A DNA stretch of 63,699 bases, the filler included, from Octopus bimaculoides (Eukaryota): the NCBI RefSeq assembly GCF_001194135.2. It is 8 parts of 8 records of this genome, joined end to end, with 100 filler letters (N's around TTAATTAATTAA, not from the genome) between each part and the next. Parts side by side here need not be neighbours in the genome. Positions count along the whole stretch, not along the records: positions 24,696 to 53,546 come from NC_068991.1; 7 more parts are not named here. One strand, given 5' to 3'. Position 1 is the first letter of the stretch. Each line of letters opens with the position of its first letter. Below, piece by piece: positions 25,630 to 38,747 of this stretch. The notes under the pieces are model-generated. The model ran no database searches. It saw only the letters and a program-made list of their open reading frames with translations, and had not been told where the DNA came from. Made by a program: the position numbers and the translations under genes.

Positions 25630-25800
25630 CTTTTACCTCAGAACCAAGAACTTTTCACGACCCTCTCGCATGTTTCTTTTCTAATCGTGTGTCTACTTCG
25701 TTTTCGATCTTGCCAACAAGGCAGATCCTTGTGTATAACTTGCCTCCATTGATGGACAGCCCTTTTCTCCACATAGGTGAGAAAACTTCCTGTATGAGAA
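25630..25800 (-). mobile_element. Possible RTE-like RT C-terminal remnant
   Basis: LSINGGKL...GKIENEVDTRLEK resembles I.ING..L.....I..EV..RI.K. Confidence 0.35.
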
Positions 25801-25889
25801 TCTCTTCAGAAAGGTTACATTATTCCATACCATTGTTCTCATAAAATCTAGCACTTGAAGAGTGACTTGAAAACATTACGGAACAGGAC

Positions 25890-25953
<64 letters not shown>

Positions 25954-26269
25954 AAAATAATTTCTTATATGAACTCAAAGCCAAGCAATAAATGAACTCC
26001 AGTACATGAGTGGCATCCATTTTATTAAAGCGCGGAAGGCGGAAGGCGAAAATCGACTCTAATAATTAGGTCCCTTAGGCAATATGTGAAGACTTCCACA
26101 AGAAACAGAACTCACACAGTTTATATTCTACTCCTACTTTAAACTACAATAAAATATACCTTAAACAAAATAAGAATAAAATATGGCTTCCATTTTAAGA
26201 TCGAGCAATTAAGCATCTCGCATTGTCCATTGCTGAACTACATTGTCACAAACCACAGAGCGATACCTA

Positions 26270-26450
26270 GCTTTAATATTGGTTTCCAATTTTGGCACAA
26301 GGCCAGCAATTTCTGGGTGGGGTGGAGACAAGTTCATTTCATTGATCCCAGTACTGAACTTGAGAGAAAGTCGACTCGGCGCAATTCGAACTCAGAACGT
26401 AAAGAAGGACGAAATGCCACTGAGCGTTTTGTCCGGCGATTCCGAGATAA
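26270..26450 (-). mobile_element. SINE family A copy
   Basis: TTTTGGCACAAGGCCAGCAATT...AAAGTCGACTCGGCGCAATTCGAACTCAGAACGTAAAG. Further fragments lie near 14020, 35530, 40900, 42520, 46650, 48300, 48650 and 61250-61500. Confidence 0.8.
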
Positions 26451-27475
26451 CGATTTTGGAGGAACGCTTAGAGAGAAAGTGTAGCTTTGGTTCGGGTAAC
26501 CCGCCTGAAACGATTCTAAATAGGGATGAAACGGCATCATACATAACTACCATTCCCTATGATTGAAAATCTGGGAAGTTGGTCAAGGTGTTGTGATCTC
26601 TGAGCAAAGTCTGTGTGCTTTGGAAATTTGCAGATATAAGTGAATGGTTCGATAAATACAATGAAATATTTAGAAGAAATGTCAGAAGATACCATAGAAA
26701 ATTAAATAAAACTAAATTAATATTGTAAAGGAACATCTGTGAAGATAATCGTGAGATGATATTAAGGAGATTGGTTGGCAGGCAAAGGAAGAAAGACGAA
26801 ATAATGAAGCGACATGGGTTAAAAAGATGGCGAAAACAGCAGCAGCAGCAGCAACAACAACAACGCCAGCGAAGAATATCGAGGAAAAATATAAGAACTG
26901 TAAGAAAATATCAATAGAGGAGACAACAACAAGAACAACTACAACCACAGGAAGCATGGCATTAACTACAGCGAAATAACAACAACAGCCACAATTTCAG
27001 AACATAAACAATAAAATATAAACAAAAAATATCCAAAATGTATTTGGAACATTCTGGAATCCTCAGAAGATTTCCGGTTGAATTATTTACCGTTACCCCA
27101 TAATATATTTACCATGTACCCATAAAATATCTAATATATATTTACCCATAAAATATTTAACATACCCGCCAACCAGCTTAACATCCACTCTTTAGCAGAG
27201 TCCACCTTGGATAATTCTTCAGTCTGAGAATTACTTCACTCCTCTTCCACACCAGTCTTAGAGATATTAGATATGGTCATCGGTGATGTAAATTCCCCCA
27301 CCCCTCGCCCTAACAGAGACATTAAAAAATCGATAAGGAACACAGAAGTATTGATGAGTGATCATTCAATCCGGTAATTTACCGATTCCGTCTTCTAAAG
27401 AGAATAACGAAAAAAAAAAAAATAATAAATATGAGAATCTTTAGAATAAAGACCGCCTCTATCAAATATGTCGCC

Positions 27476-27510
<35 letters not shown>

Positions 27511-27514
27511 TCTC

Positions 27515-27589
<75 letters not shown>

Positions 27590-29162
27590 GTCTCTGAATT
27601 GAGGAGAGGTAAGCACATGGTTACAGCTTGAATATATACAAAAGAAGCAGGATAAGCAATTCCATATCTCAACGAAGTATGATCGTTGGCAAACAAGGGG
27701 GAAATAACGCTAGGCAGATTTCAGTCTTATTAAACCTCCTCAACGAAGTATGATCATTCATGTGTTTATAAAATTGACCATGATAAATTATTGTATGCGT
27801 GCACAGTAATAAGAAGAATAGACATATCATAGACGGACGATTTAAAATTAAGAAACGTATGGGAAACGCTTGATATAAATCCACACTGGCAGGGACAGGT
27901 TATGTAGAGGTAAGAAAACTGGTGTTAATATGTAAATACCTAATATGGTATTAATATTTTCGTTTGGACGTAGAAGCTATTATTTGAAAACAACAGTAAC
28001 AATCAATTAACTATCAATAATTAATTGATTTATTAATGATGATAACTAAAAGACAATAAGAAAATGGCGGACCTTAAACATTAACATAAAAGCACATACA
28101 AAGTTCATTGATCACAAACCACGACACGTACTTAGATATATCAGCATAAATATAATCACATTGTTAAATATATAAATATAACGAAAAGTAAGTCATAGAA
28201 CAGATATTCAGCGATGTTTAGCATAACAATACATCATAGTCGTCTGCTTTCAGTGAATTGAATTCTTCCAATGAAGCTTGAGTTGTTTTAATGGTTGAAA
28301 GATCGGAATTTGAATGAAAATTGATGAACAGTTGAACAACACCACGAAAGAAGTATAGACTGCTGAAAGAATATACCAAAACATAAAAGATACGCCATAT
28401 TAAAATAAAGATATGTCATGGAGGAAGTGTAAACATATAGATGGTATTAATTAATTCATCCGTTAAAAGTAGGAACACGTCACATTTGATTAGGAGAAAT
28501 GAAATAAATAAGAAAATGAGACATCAGGAATTTTTTAGTCTTTGACACAGAAGAGAATACTTGATTCGAACGTTAGCAGAACACTAAGAGAAAAACTATT
28601 ATAAATACAACACGTCTGAAATATCTACTAAATCTTTTAAATCTGTATTGTAATATGAAACAGGTTTTCTCTGTCCGTCTGTCACACGCTCTGATCAAAA
28701 AGAATTTCAGGTAGTATTTTTTATCTCTTAGAAAGAATGGGAGGTAATTCCCATAACACCATCACCTAACACTGAAGTTCCGAGTGGGGTGGGTGATGGA
28801 TTAAGTCTGCAACAGGATTTAAACTCAGATGACAAAAAGACGGGACAAATGCTGTTAGTTCTCTGTTCTTTCTGTTTTACCAACCCACAGCCCAAACCGT
28901 TCTACAATCTCACTAGAAAGGCAACAAGAAAACCTGAGAAACTTTTGAATATGTTTGTCAAGCACTAAATTCCCTTGAAAATGACCGAGAAGGCCAAATG
29001 CGTTTGAAAGGAGCCAGTAATTAAACAATCTGCAGAACAGATCAAAATTTATTCCTTATAATTCTTAATTTTTGTTCTTTATCTGAACCTCTAAATTTAA
29101 GCAACGTGTTTCACGACAAAATTTTTGAAGAATTTCTGCATCATAGGATGATGATGATGATG

Positions 29163-29226
<64 letters not shown>

Positions 29227-29315
29227 TAATAATAATAATGATGATGATGATAATAATAATAATGATAATAATAATAATGATAATAATAATAATAATAATA
29301 ATGATAATAATATTT

Positions 29316-29347
<32 letters not shown>

Positions 29348-29353
29348 AATAAA

Positions 29354-29397
29354 GGACCACTGATGAGGTCACAGAAGTGTGACGAAAGAACTCTGGC
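29354..29397 (+). ncRNA. Minimal type I hammerhead ribozyme motif (PLE-type)
   Basis: CCA-CUGAUGA-G-GUCAC(AGAAGU)GUGAC-GAAA-G(AA)C-UC-UGG. The core is intact, with a 5-bp stem II, a 3-bp stem I and a very short stem III. Confidence 0.65.
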
Positions 29398-30268
29398 GGA
29401 AATACGATTAATGTAATATAAAGCTGAAGCAAATTAACACCAAATATATAGTGCGTGTGTTTTTACTGACTAAACCGGCAACATGACCATCCCCAAATAC
29501 AACAATATCTGTTTCATCACACGAATTAACATAAGGAATCTTGCAAAACAAATATATAAACGGTTGTTCAATCTATTTTCTCTTATCAATCTCTTTGTGT
29601 AAACTCAACGGATGCTATGGAATTCCAGATGCATATCCAGTGACAAGAGCATTCCCATTATATGATGACATCTGGTAGCCAATAATTGTGGATGAGCTTT
29701 GTATAGCATACTACGAGGATGTCATCCAAATTTTATTCAACAATACAAATGTATGTGTGTTTCTGTGTTTGTGTGCGGGTGTATGTATGTATGTATATAT
29801 GCATCTACGAATGTATAATATTTTTATACACTCACTTCACATGAATTCAGTAATTAATCAATGAAATGGTTTTATATTCATATATCCATGCATTTTCCGC
29901 ATACAAATCTTTATAGAACTGTGTCAACATCCGTTTGTTGGGATTACCATAATCTGTACTTTTATTACACTTTCATATTTTTGCACATCTTTCTTTTTTT
30001 TTTTTATCCATTTGTATTTCCGTATTTTGTACTTTGTGTGTATCTGCTGTTCACGCGCTGGTGGACATCTGCTGCAATATGCCCAACGTTTCCATGCGTA
30101 GAGATATATATATTTGTACAGATTTCCGCACGCCACTTGGTTTCAGTGTGTAGATGTGACCGTCAACTCGCATGCGTGTATGTCTCCATAGACATTTACT
30201 TGTTAGAGTGCATCCATGCGTGTATCTACGTACATCCATGCATGTATACATGTACACGCACGCGCACG

Positions 30269-30311
<43 letters not shown>

Positions 30312-30547
30312 ACACACACACCACACCACACACACTAATAGATACATATGTAGCTACATGTGAAGATTGTGAAGGCATATATGTTTGTATGTATGTATGT
30401 ACACATGCATACATACATATATATATGTATAAATATGTATATATATGCATATATATGCATATATATGTGTGTGTGCGTATATGTATATATTCCCATAAAT
30501 GACCATTATTTTAATTTAATTTGTTTCTTATATAAATATATATATGC

Positions 30548-30579
<32 letters not shown>

Positions 30580-30793
30580 NNNNNNNNNNNNNNNNNNNNN
30601 NNNNNNNNNNNNNNNNNNNNNNNNNNNNNNNNNNNNNNNNNNNNNNNNNNNNNNNNNNNNNNNNNNNNNNNNNNNNNNNNNNNNNNNNNNNNNNNNNNNN
30701 NNNNNNNNNNNNNNNNNNNNNNNNNNNNNNNNNNNNNNNNNNNNNNNNNNNNNNNNNNNNNNNNNNNNNNNNNNNNNNNNNNNNNNNNNNNNN

Positions 30794-30842
<49 letters not shown>

Positions 30843-31559
30843 TATATACATATATATATACATACACACACGCACACACATATATATATATAAACTATAT
30901 GCATATATGATAGTTTTTGCAGATTGTTCAAGTATAGATTGGCTGCGTCTAAATGCATGAATCCGTGTTATATCTGTATATCTGTATGAGTGTGTATGTT
31001 TGTATACAAAAATACACTCATATATATCGTATATCCACATTCATAGACATACATGTATAAGCACATGCACACATACATGCACACACATGTGTTCGCATAA
31101 GAATGCACAGATATGCTTGTTTGCACGTCTATATGCATACGTCACTATATATTTATATGTATGCATGTATATGTCTTTGTTTTTAGTTATTGATTTTTAA
31201 AGATTTTTATATACACTCAGGTGTGCATAAGAATGCATTTCTGTAGGTAGGTGAAGGCAATGCATGCGTATATGTATGTATAAGTATGTATATGCGTATG
31301 TTAATAAATTGTTTTTGGATGGATGGTGAGGTAAAGCTCCTGTGACTGGATGATTCTTATATATCCCATTGATCCATCACCTTGGACTGATATCTCATAT
31401 ACCAGTTCTGAGAAGATGAAGAGAACTTGGCTCCTGTTGGATTTGAACTCATAACGTCGAATAGGGCGCAAGCATACTCTATGCAACGCAGTAAATTTAC
31501 GAATATATGTATATAGAAGATTCAAAAATTGCACTGCACAGAAGTACGACTAAGGAACA

Positions 31560-32057
31560 CACGGAAATTCACACACAATACGTGGACATGCTCCTTTCTC
31601 ATCACTTATCGTCCAAAAATCATAACTATTTCACGCCTTTAACGATAAAACTGTTCATTTTAGTGGCGTCAACAGCAAAAAAACTGCAGGGAATAAGTTA
31701 GGGAACGTAAAGGACGTTGAAGACAACAGACAAAGGAGACAGAACTCACGGCCTTTCGAGGTGAGTCGATCACTCGCGTCACTAAGCAACGCGCCTTCAC
31801 ACACGATAAAAAAAGAGTCTGATGAAACTTCACAAATCAACAATGAAAGGAATCCGAACGAGTGTTTGCTGAAAGGTCGTCTTCCTCTGCACGCTTCTAT
31901 GAACAGGCTTGCCTGTTGACGCTGAGTGCCTGTAGAATTTTTCTCAAAAATGGTAATATTCTATTGTACCACCAGCAAGCCAAGAACTTTCAAAAGTTCT
32001 TTAAAACTAATGATATTTAACCTAGTCACCAATCTATACATTTTGTGCCAACCTATA
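31560..32057 (+). mobile_element. Mariner 3' remnant with TIR
   Basis: The terminus CATTTTGTGCCAACCTATA is mariner-like (reverse complement TATAGGTTGGCACAAAA). Faint C-terminal motifs LFHAF, FYEQ and KNGN lie upstream. Confidence 0.5.
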
Positions 32058-32849
32058 ATTGATTAGAGCAATTCGATTCTGTGACGGATACTTACTTCAT
32101 AGACTATGTTACAAAACGAAGAAGACTATATGTAACAATGCATTCAACTTAAAATTTATTAGATATATAAACATTATTATTACGATTATTTAGCCAAGAA
32201 GTCTGTTTCGCCACAGAATCCTGGGCTTCCACGAAAATGTTTCCTCATCTTCAGTAGAAAGGAAACCAGGATATGATATACAGAAAAGAAAAGAAACGAT
32301 TAAATCATAAATCTTTTAAATATTTTAAAGAATTCAGAGTAAAAGTTTGCTCCCTTGAACTAAATTTCTGTGTAATTTAGTTTGCTGTCATTTTAATTAA
32401 TATTTTAATTAATATTTTAATTAATATTTTATCGAAGTATTCGTTGATTACGTGCTAGATTAATGCTCAGTGAAAACGGATAGAGTTGTTGTATTGAAAT
32501 AAGAATGTTTCTCAAGTGATTTACAGAGCGGACAGTGAAAGGGTAGCAGAAGAGACCCTGGATACATCCATAAAGAATCCAATCTTGACTTCGTCGATGA
32601 ATGCGACGACGCAGCCTCAGAGTTCGAAATAGACCGGAAATGTCGTCTGTCTTGAATATCATTCTATTTCACTTTATGTGGACATCGAATTGCAGTCTGT
32701 GAGTGTCTCGTGTCTGAGGACAGATTAACTAGTGATATAACTGTACCGCGTCATTCACAGCGGTATCATCTTACAATTAACCACTCTCATTTACCGGGAA
32801 ACATTAATTATTGCTCTCAGAAATTTCTCATGGATCTAAACATATAAAC

Positions 32850-33790
32850 GTCTGCTTTCAGTTCTGGTAGCTGCATGTGTTACTACGTTTACAACATGGG
32901 AGAAAAACTGATGAAATCTGTTTATGAAGAGACAGGAAATGTTTGTAAAGATTGTATACTGATAAGATATGTTCAGGAATGAGGCGGCTCATGAAACTGA
33001 AAAGATATTAATTCTCAAATGGTAAAATATGGGAGGTATGGGGATGTCAGCATCTAGAGAAGAGAATATTCACGAGAAGTTGATGAAATGACGGACATAC
33101 CCGGGAAATGTTACGTAATGGCGTTTGTTATATTTATTTAAGATAAGATAATATTACAAACAATTTCTTCTCCTTAAAGAAATTAAAGCAAAATGCTTTT
33201 TAAAATTGTAGACATTCTCCAGATATTTCTTGAAGTAAATACACTGATCGTGCTTCAAGTATGTCTGGTGAGCTGAGTGTTTTGTAACGTTGGTGAGGGA
33301 CATTGGCTCAAGTATAGTTACAAACCACTGTTATATTCACTGCGAAATTCTTGTGACTATAACCATAAACAGTGATTTACAAGTTATTGTTAATGATGTT
33401 ATTCACATGATTAACAGAATCAAAGACAAGTCCTTGCAAAGGCCAGCTTTACACAGCTGCGAGTCTATGGTTACTAACGTCCAATTCTTCTTGCACCACA
33501 CTAATGTAAGGTGGTTTTCTAGAGGTACAGCTTGTCACGAATACGTCAAACAAAATAGAAATTATGGCTATGGGTGAGGAGAGGGGGAAATATTCCGACT
33601 TCTTCAATAGTGACTGTTAGTTGGCCAAAGCGGTCAAACGTACTTATATATTTGAGTACATCAAACTAAGCAAACATATCAGGGACAAATGAAGATGGCT
33701 GTTCTGTAGCATAAAATTACACTTTGGCTTCCACAGACTAAAGCTACAGATGGGAGGAGCTTGAAGGCATCGTGGGTCACCATCGTTTCC
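32850..33790 (+). mobile_element. hAT (Charlie/Buster-type) transposase remnant
   Basis: TDRASSMSG, then ORF 33290-33577 NHCYIHCEILVT...VNDVIHMINRIK...LHHTNVRWFSRG. This corresponds to the hAT THC.IHREAL...LLHTEVRWLSRG motifs. Confidence 0.85.
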
Positions 33791-34080
33791 GCATCTATTT
33801 ACTCCACACGAAAGATAATGAGCCTGGAAAATGTACCCCCACCCAGGTGCTACTTATTATTATTATTTTTTTTTTTTGGTATCACCTTCTGCATTATGGA
33901 TCATGGATCTTAGTTATCAACAAGTTTGAAACGCCACCGTGTTCTTAGATTTTTCTATCGTTTCGGCCCACGGCGGATGTTAAGCGTTATTAACTGCCAT
34001 TCTCTGGTCGCTCACAGGAAAAGGTTTATCGTTGCTGATTCACTTCAAAATAGAAGAGTCGAGACAGCTATTACCATTTC

Positions 34081-34293
34081 GAGAAGAAGACGAAGAAGAA
34101 GACGAAGAAGACGAATAATAATAATAATAAGAAGAAGAAGAAGAAGAAAAAGAAGAAGAAGAAAAAGAATAATAATAATAATAATAAGAAGAAGAAGAAT
34201 AAGAAGAAAAAGAAGAAGAAGAAAAAGAAGACGAGGAAGAAGAAGAAGACGAAGAAGAAGAAGAAGAAGAAGAAGAAGAAGAAGAAGAAGAAA

Positions 34294-34327
<34 letters not shown>

Positions 34328-34375
34328 AGAAGAAAAAGAAGAAGAAGAAGAAGAAGAAGAAGAAAAAGAAGATGA
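34081..34375 (+). repeat. (GAA)n polypurine tract with (AAT)n inserts
   Basis: Directly visible. It produces the poly-R, poly-L and poly-F ORFs. Confidence 0.95.
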
Positions 34376-34639
34376 GCAGCATTGATTTCGACNNNNNNNN
34401 NNNNNNNNNNNNNNNNNNNNNNNNNNNNNNNNNNNNNNNNNNNNNNNNNNNNNNNNNNNNNNNNNNNNNNNNNNNNNNNNNNNNNNNNNNNNNNNNNNNN
34501 NNNNNNNNNNNNNNNNNNNNNNNNNNNNNNNNNNNNNNNNNNNNNNNNNNNNNNNNNNNNNNNNNNNNNNNNNNNNNNNNNNNNNNNNNNNNNNNNNNNN
34601 NNNNNNNNNNNNNNNNNNNNNNNNNNNNNNNNNNNNATA

Positions 34640-34808
34640 TATATACGACAGGCTTCTTTCAGTTTCCGTCTACCAAATCCACTCACAAGGCTTTGGTCGG
34701 CCCGAGGCTATAGTAGAAGACACTTGCCCAAGGTGCCACGCAGTGGGAATGAACCCGTAACCATGTGGTTGGTAAGCAAGCTACTTACCACACAGCCACT
34801 CCTGCGCC
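34640..34808 (-). mobile_element. tRNA-derived SINE family B, 5' half
   Basis: Reverse complement reads GGCGCAGGAGTGGCTGTGTGGTAAG..GGGTTCATTCCCACTGCGTGGCACCTTGGGCAAGTGTCTTCTACTATAGCC..GGAAACTGAAAGAAGCC, ending in (TA)n. Homologous pieces are at 53885-54003 (-), 61670-61760 (+) and 12130-12200 (-). Confidence 0.85.
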
Positions 34809-35860
34809 TATATATATATAAAAAAGAAGAAATGTATATATTTTCAGAAAGTTATGAAACACTCATTTTGTACCTGTGTCTGTCTATCTGTGTGTGTGTG
34901 TACGTGTGTATGTGTGTATGTGTGTGTGTGTGTGTGTCTCTTTTACTCGCTCTCACCCTCTCTCTGCCTCTCTCTGCCTCTCTCTCTTACTCTTTATGAT
35001 GTAAAACATGACGGGGCAAGTCGACCAACGAACGAACAAACCAGCCAACTAACCAGCATTTATACCGGCTGCTATTTTTAGAGATGTGTGTGTGTGTGTG
35101 TGTTTGTGATTCAAGGAAAACCAAATATGATGGCGATTTTAAATAATTGAAAAAAACAAAATGAAATGAAAAACAAGAAAAAGACGAAAGATCACCGCAA
35201 AATTTAATCAATTAAAAAAAAAATAATGATTATTAAATTTAATGTTAAGTAATTAGTAGTCCGGTAATTAAGTTATTAACATTTAATTCAGTACATTTGA
35301 AAGTGTATTTAAAATACAACCGGCAAATATGAAAGACAAAATTTAAAATGAAATAATTGTCTTTTGATTCTTTAGAGTTTGATAAGGTCTTGTGGTTGTG
35401 GTGGAGGGATGAGGTGGCTGAACCGTTAGGATATTGGACAAAATATCTTGTAGTAGTAAATTTCAAAGCTTTACGATCTGCGTTCAAATCAGGACATGTC
35501 AATTTTCACATTATTTTTTCAGGATCGATAAAACAAAATACCAGTTTAATACTTCGATTGATTTAATCGATTAACCTTCCCCACCTCTCAAATTGTAGTA
35601 ATAATAATTTTAATTCTTATTTGTCCTTGGCCTTGACTGATGCACCAGATGACCTATAATCAAAATGCTCCAGCTGTGACCAGTGATCAACTCATCTTTC
35701 TCTTTCAGGCCATGTGCATCGAGGTCAGCGTTGTCCAATGTGCTCATTTAAGATGATAGACTGCAATTTGGAGAACTCTTAGCTGCTACTACAAGTAGTA
35801 ACCATCTAGTTGTTAGATCGTACATCATGTGGTCATGTGTGTACACACACTCACACACAC

Positions 35861-35938
<78 letters not shown>

Positions 35939-35955
35939 ACTTACACAAACACACT

Positions 35956-36004
<49 letters not shown>

Positions 36005-36183
36005 ATATATACAAATGCATACATGTATGTATATGTGTGTGCGTATATGTAGAGAGAGATTGAGAGTGAGAGAGGGGAGAATAAGTATTGTTGTTAGCCC
36101 CGACCCAGCAGATCTATGAGGAAAAGCCCTCCAGCCATGACAATCATACATTACTTGAAGTGAATTTGCATGTCATTTGAGGG

Positions 36184-36221
36184 AAATATCCTCCCCATCT
36201 CAAGCGATGGGGAGGATATTT
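36184..36221. other. Perfect 16-bp inverted repeat with a 6-nt loop
   Basis: AAATATCCTCCCCATC-TCAAGC-GATGGGGAGGATATTT. Confidence 0.95.
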
Positions 36222-36574
36222 GACTGGAACTGTAGTCTGTTGATTATTTATGACCGATTGTTATAGAATTTGAACTCACAACGGCGATAACATTAAATAG
36301 AAAACGATATTTTGTTGAAAACTGGATTGCTTCACTCCAAGGTACCACCACCACCGCCACCACTACCTCCTCCCTCATCTCCTCCACTACCATCTTTACC
36401 AGGAGGAGGGAATCATGCAGTTTGTAGGTGGGACCGATGTTATGTGTGGGTGTTGTTATATAGAAGCGTACAGGCCAGAGTCTTGTTTAGATGTGTGTGT
36501 GTGTGTGTGGCCGCGTGTAGGAAGAGGAGGAGGAGGAGAAAATCTGAAGGGTTGCAATAGCGTTGTGGCCGAGG

Positions 36575-37480
36575 AATGACCCAAGCATAATTTTCAACCT
36601 TAATTGCCGGGAAAATAATGGAATGTGGTGATGGTGGAGCAAAATTTGGAAATAATGGTATGTTGGAGTAGGAGACCTAAGCATTGAGCGACCCTTTTGG
36701 AAGGGTTATTTAATAGGGAGTCCATAGGCAGAAATTTGATAAGCCTCGGTGGTGAAAATTTATGCAAGAAAAGGGTTTGATCAGATTGCATTTTTTCGGG
36801 GCTGAGAAGGAGATCGTCCTGCAAGTAACATGGATCAATTCTTTGCGTCGTGAACCATATTTTGCCTGGTCACTTTAGGAAACTGGGAGAATCCCGGTAG
36901 AAATGGAGTCGCGACAAGTGCTTTACAGAAACTGCCAAGTGAACGGATTGACAGAATGTTAAGAGCAACGAACAGCAGATATCACAATCCAAACGGATCA
37001 GATTCTTAACGAAAAGTGATTAGGTTCCTAAGACAAAAGCAACAACAGAGGACTCATTTTCTATTTGGAATGAAGCCTCAGAACGAAAAATACAAGCAGA
37101 TCGGAGGGATAGATATGTCTTTATGGATGGGATGGTAGCAGTATCACTTTGATTAGACATGTTTCTGCTATTCATGAGTACCTTGATTGGACAGACTTAA
37201 CGTTTCCACCAACAGAAGAAAGCCAAATATCAGGCTGTCGTCAAAGGATGACAAACAACCTCGTCAGTCACCGAAGTCGGCCGCCGTGGTTTCTCGGCAA
37301 GTTTCTTGCAGAAGTTTGAGTTGGAACCCAAACAAATGAAGAAAACTACTTGGGTGAGATCAGTTTAAGGCGGTTATAGTTCAACAAGAGAACGTAGATG
37401 GAATCCTTTTATAGGCGAAGGCTAACTCGGTCTTTGTTGCCCACCACTCGTTGAAGGTTAAGGGCCGAAATGCAATGAAT
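36575..37480 (+). mobile_element. HERO-like (RLE) non-LTR retrotransposon 3' remnant
   Basis: Degenerate translation HILPGHFRKLGESR*KWSRDK resembles HILSGC..AL.QGRY.WRHD. QKKAKYQAVVKG*...TEVGRRGFSASFL resembles ERKKAKY......GW....VEVGCRGF. The motifs are in the expected order. Confidence 0.6.
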
Positions 37481-37914
37481 ATACAAAAGAAAACGTTCCC
37501 AGCATTGGCATAACTTAAACAGGAAGAAAAGTATGCAAATTATTTAAGTATCTCCTGTAATTTGTGAGTGGCGCAAGGCATTACTTATAGTCGATATTAG
37601 CATTTTTGAGCTCCCAGACATATTTCCGCTTTGCCGTTGTGCAATTGGGGTTACAGAATGAGTGTGTGTGTTGCTAGTGACGGGCCTTAACACATTAACG
37701 GTGAAACCTGCTTGGTGGGAGTTGGGCTGATTACATTACACAGGGAGACGAGGTACTTTTCTAGAGGTTAAGAGCTTAAGAGGGTATAGTGACCAGGGTG
37801 GGTACAGTTGCAACTCGAAATATTAATTATGATATTAGTAGGGTAGGGGATGTAAACAAACCCACAATATTTGTCAAGTAGTGAAAGACAAACACAAACA
37901 CACAAGCGTAAATT

Positions 37915-37990
<76 letters not shown>

Positions 37991-38427
37991 TATATATGTA
38001 TATACATAGCAAATTTCCCCACAGGTTCTGTCTTCCAAATTCCACAAATTTGATAGTGAGTAGCAGACTAAAAGATACTTGCCCAACATCCCAAAATCGT
38101 AGGAAGGAGTAGGAAACACATGTTTTTGAAGTGAGACATGACATTGAATAAAGTGTCATACTAGTAAACAATTTAGCCCCACGATGGGATAAAATAATAC
38201 CAGCAGTCGGTACCGTTTAAACTCCGAATGTAACAAATGCAAAAGTTGGTAACAAAGTTTAATAAATGTAGCCTGGTGCTTCACCTTCTTATATAATTCC
38301 TTGATTTCATACATTGGCAGAATGTATAACAATTGAAGATTGCAAGGAAGGGAGCTGACAGGGAGAAGAGACTACCACAAGGTATATACATTCAAGCATA
38401 CATATATACATAATACAAATATATATG

Positions 38428-38458
<31 letters not shown>

Positions 38459-38710
38459 GATGTGTGTGTGTGAGTGATTGTGCGAGTGCGTAGGCGTGCG
38501 TGTGTGTGTGCAAGTGTGCTTTCATGTATATGTATATATATCACCATGAAAAATATGAATAATAAATCTATATACGAATCTATATACGAAGAGCTATACC
38601 AATGCGTTAGATGCAAAAGAAGTTAAGTAGAGACTGTAATTCAGGCAGACAAAAGACATACAAAAATATTAGTAGATACTACGAAGTTTGAACATTGACA
38701 TATATATATG

Positions 38711-38747
<37 letters not shown>

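Noticed and set aside
27668-27757. 17-bp direct repeat CTCAACGAAGTATGATC, 72 bp apart; similar short duplications at 3334/3462 and 32391-32430
   Set aside because: Only two or three copies with no spacer array, consistent with ordinary local slippage duplications.
32528-32662. GC-elevated segment with open frames on both strands, including an S4-like FRTLRLRRR
   Set aside because: The arginine spacing and hydrophobic context do not match a voltage sensor, and splice sites are weak.
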